A stretch of DNA of 63,942 bases, the filler included, from Octopus bimaculoides (Eukaryota), in assembly GCF_001194135.2 (NCBI RefSeq). It is 5 parts of 5 records of this genome, joined end to end, with 100 filler letters (N's around TTAATTAATTAA, not from the genome) between each part and the next. Parts side by side here need not be neighbours in the genome. Positions count along the whole stretch, not along the records: positions 60,272 to 63,942 come from NC_068987.1; 4 more parts are not named here. One strand, given 5' to 3'. The first letter of the stretch is position 1. Each line of letters begins with the position of its first letter. Under the pieces are notes generated by a model. The model had not been told where the DNA came from, did no database searches, and saw only the letters and a list, made by a program, of their open reading frames with translations. Below are positions 63,301 to 63,942 of the stretch, in pieces. The translations under genes and the position numbers were made by a program.

Positions 63301-63769
63301 GCATGAATTTTAGTGTCAGATCACCCAGCATTTGCACAACGAAATTTTTCTTAACAACTTAGATCATTATAACGGAGTTTTGTCACGGTTTTGCCTTAAC
63401 ACAAGCACATCAGATGCAAAACAAAGAACATCATAAACACTTCTGTGTAACACTTTATAAAAACCCACATGTATCATCAGAAAATTCCGAAAACTAGTAA
63501 ACATGAACTTGCTCTATAATCACAAATTTCTCTGAATTTTCAACAAATGCACGATTAAAGTCAGATATTCCACTATTTGGAACCTTTGTCAAACATGAAC
63601 TGAAGAATGTATAATCAGCTTAATATCTCGCCTACCATACCATCGTGTAGTTTCATAAATCAGGCTGCTTAGCCCTTAGACAAGAAATGCTTAACAAGTT
63701 CCATTGTGGATTGTGTTGATATGTTAGCAATAAATGTATCAAAAAATAAATATAGTATGTGTGTATGCA

Positions 63770-63819
<50 letters not shown>

Positions 63820-63942
63820 TTTATTTTCATGGACGCATGCATATCCGAGTGACTAAAAGTTGACTTCGCAATCATCAGATGCCGAGTTCGAGCCATTGCA
63901 TGGAGTCTTCGGTGTCTTGTACCTTAGCCTCGAGTCGGCCCT

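Overview
AT-rich animal genomic DNA from a gapped draft assembly, dense in microsatellites, SINEs and LINE remnants. The repeat landscape suggests an octopus/coleoid cephalopod (inference). Four identical artificial spacers (44 N + TTAATTAATTAA + 44 N) split the window into five pieces whose adjacency is unproven: 1-13875, 13976-19103, 19204-50874, 50975-60171 and 60272-63942. Piece 1 has no confident host exon; it carries a decayed Tc1/mariner (DD41D-like) transposase and SINEs. Piece 2 has one SLC6 (sodium:neurotransmitter symporter) TM1 exon plus Penelope-like and R4/Dong-like remnants. Piece 3 has 17 coding exons of a + strand integrin alpha gene (PS1/ITGA3-6-7-like), the last 14 phase-continuous over 585 codons; the signal-peptide exon, several propeller exons and the TM/GFFKR end are not visible. 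Piece 4 has exons 1-3 of a - strand lysosomal Pro-X carboxypeptidase (PRCP) gene, with an internally deleted RTE LINE in intron 2 and an M-box/CLEAR-like motif upstream. Piece 5 has two small phase-0 exons of an unidentified gene. Almost none of the supplied ORF track is real coding sequence; most real exons are too short to appear in it. No new biological system is demonstrated. The best leads are inverted SINE pairs bracketing integrin exons, a candidate cleavage-site micro-exon, altered propeller cysteines, the variant SLC6 TM1 motif and the RT-deleted RTE.
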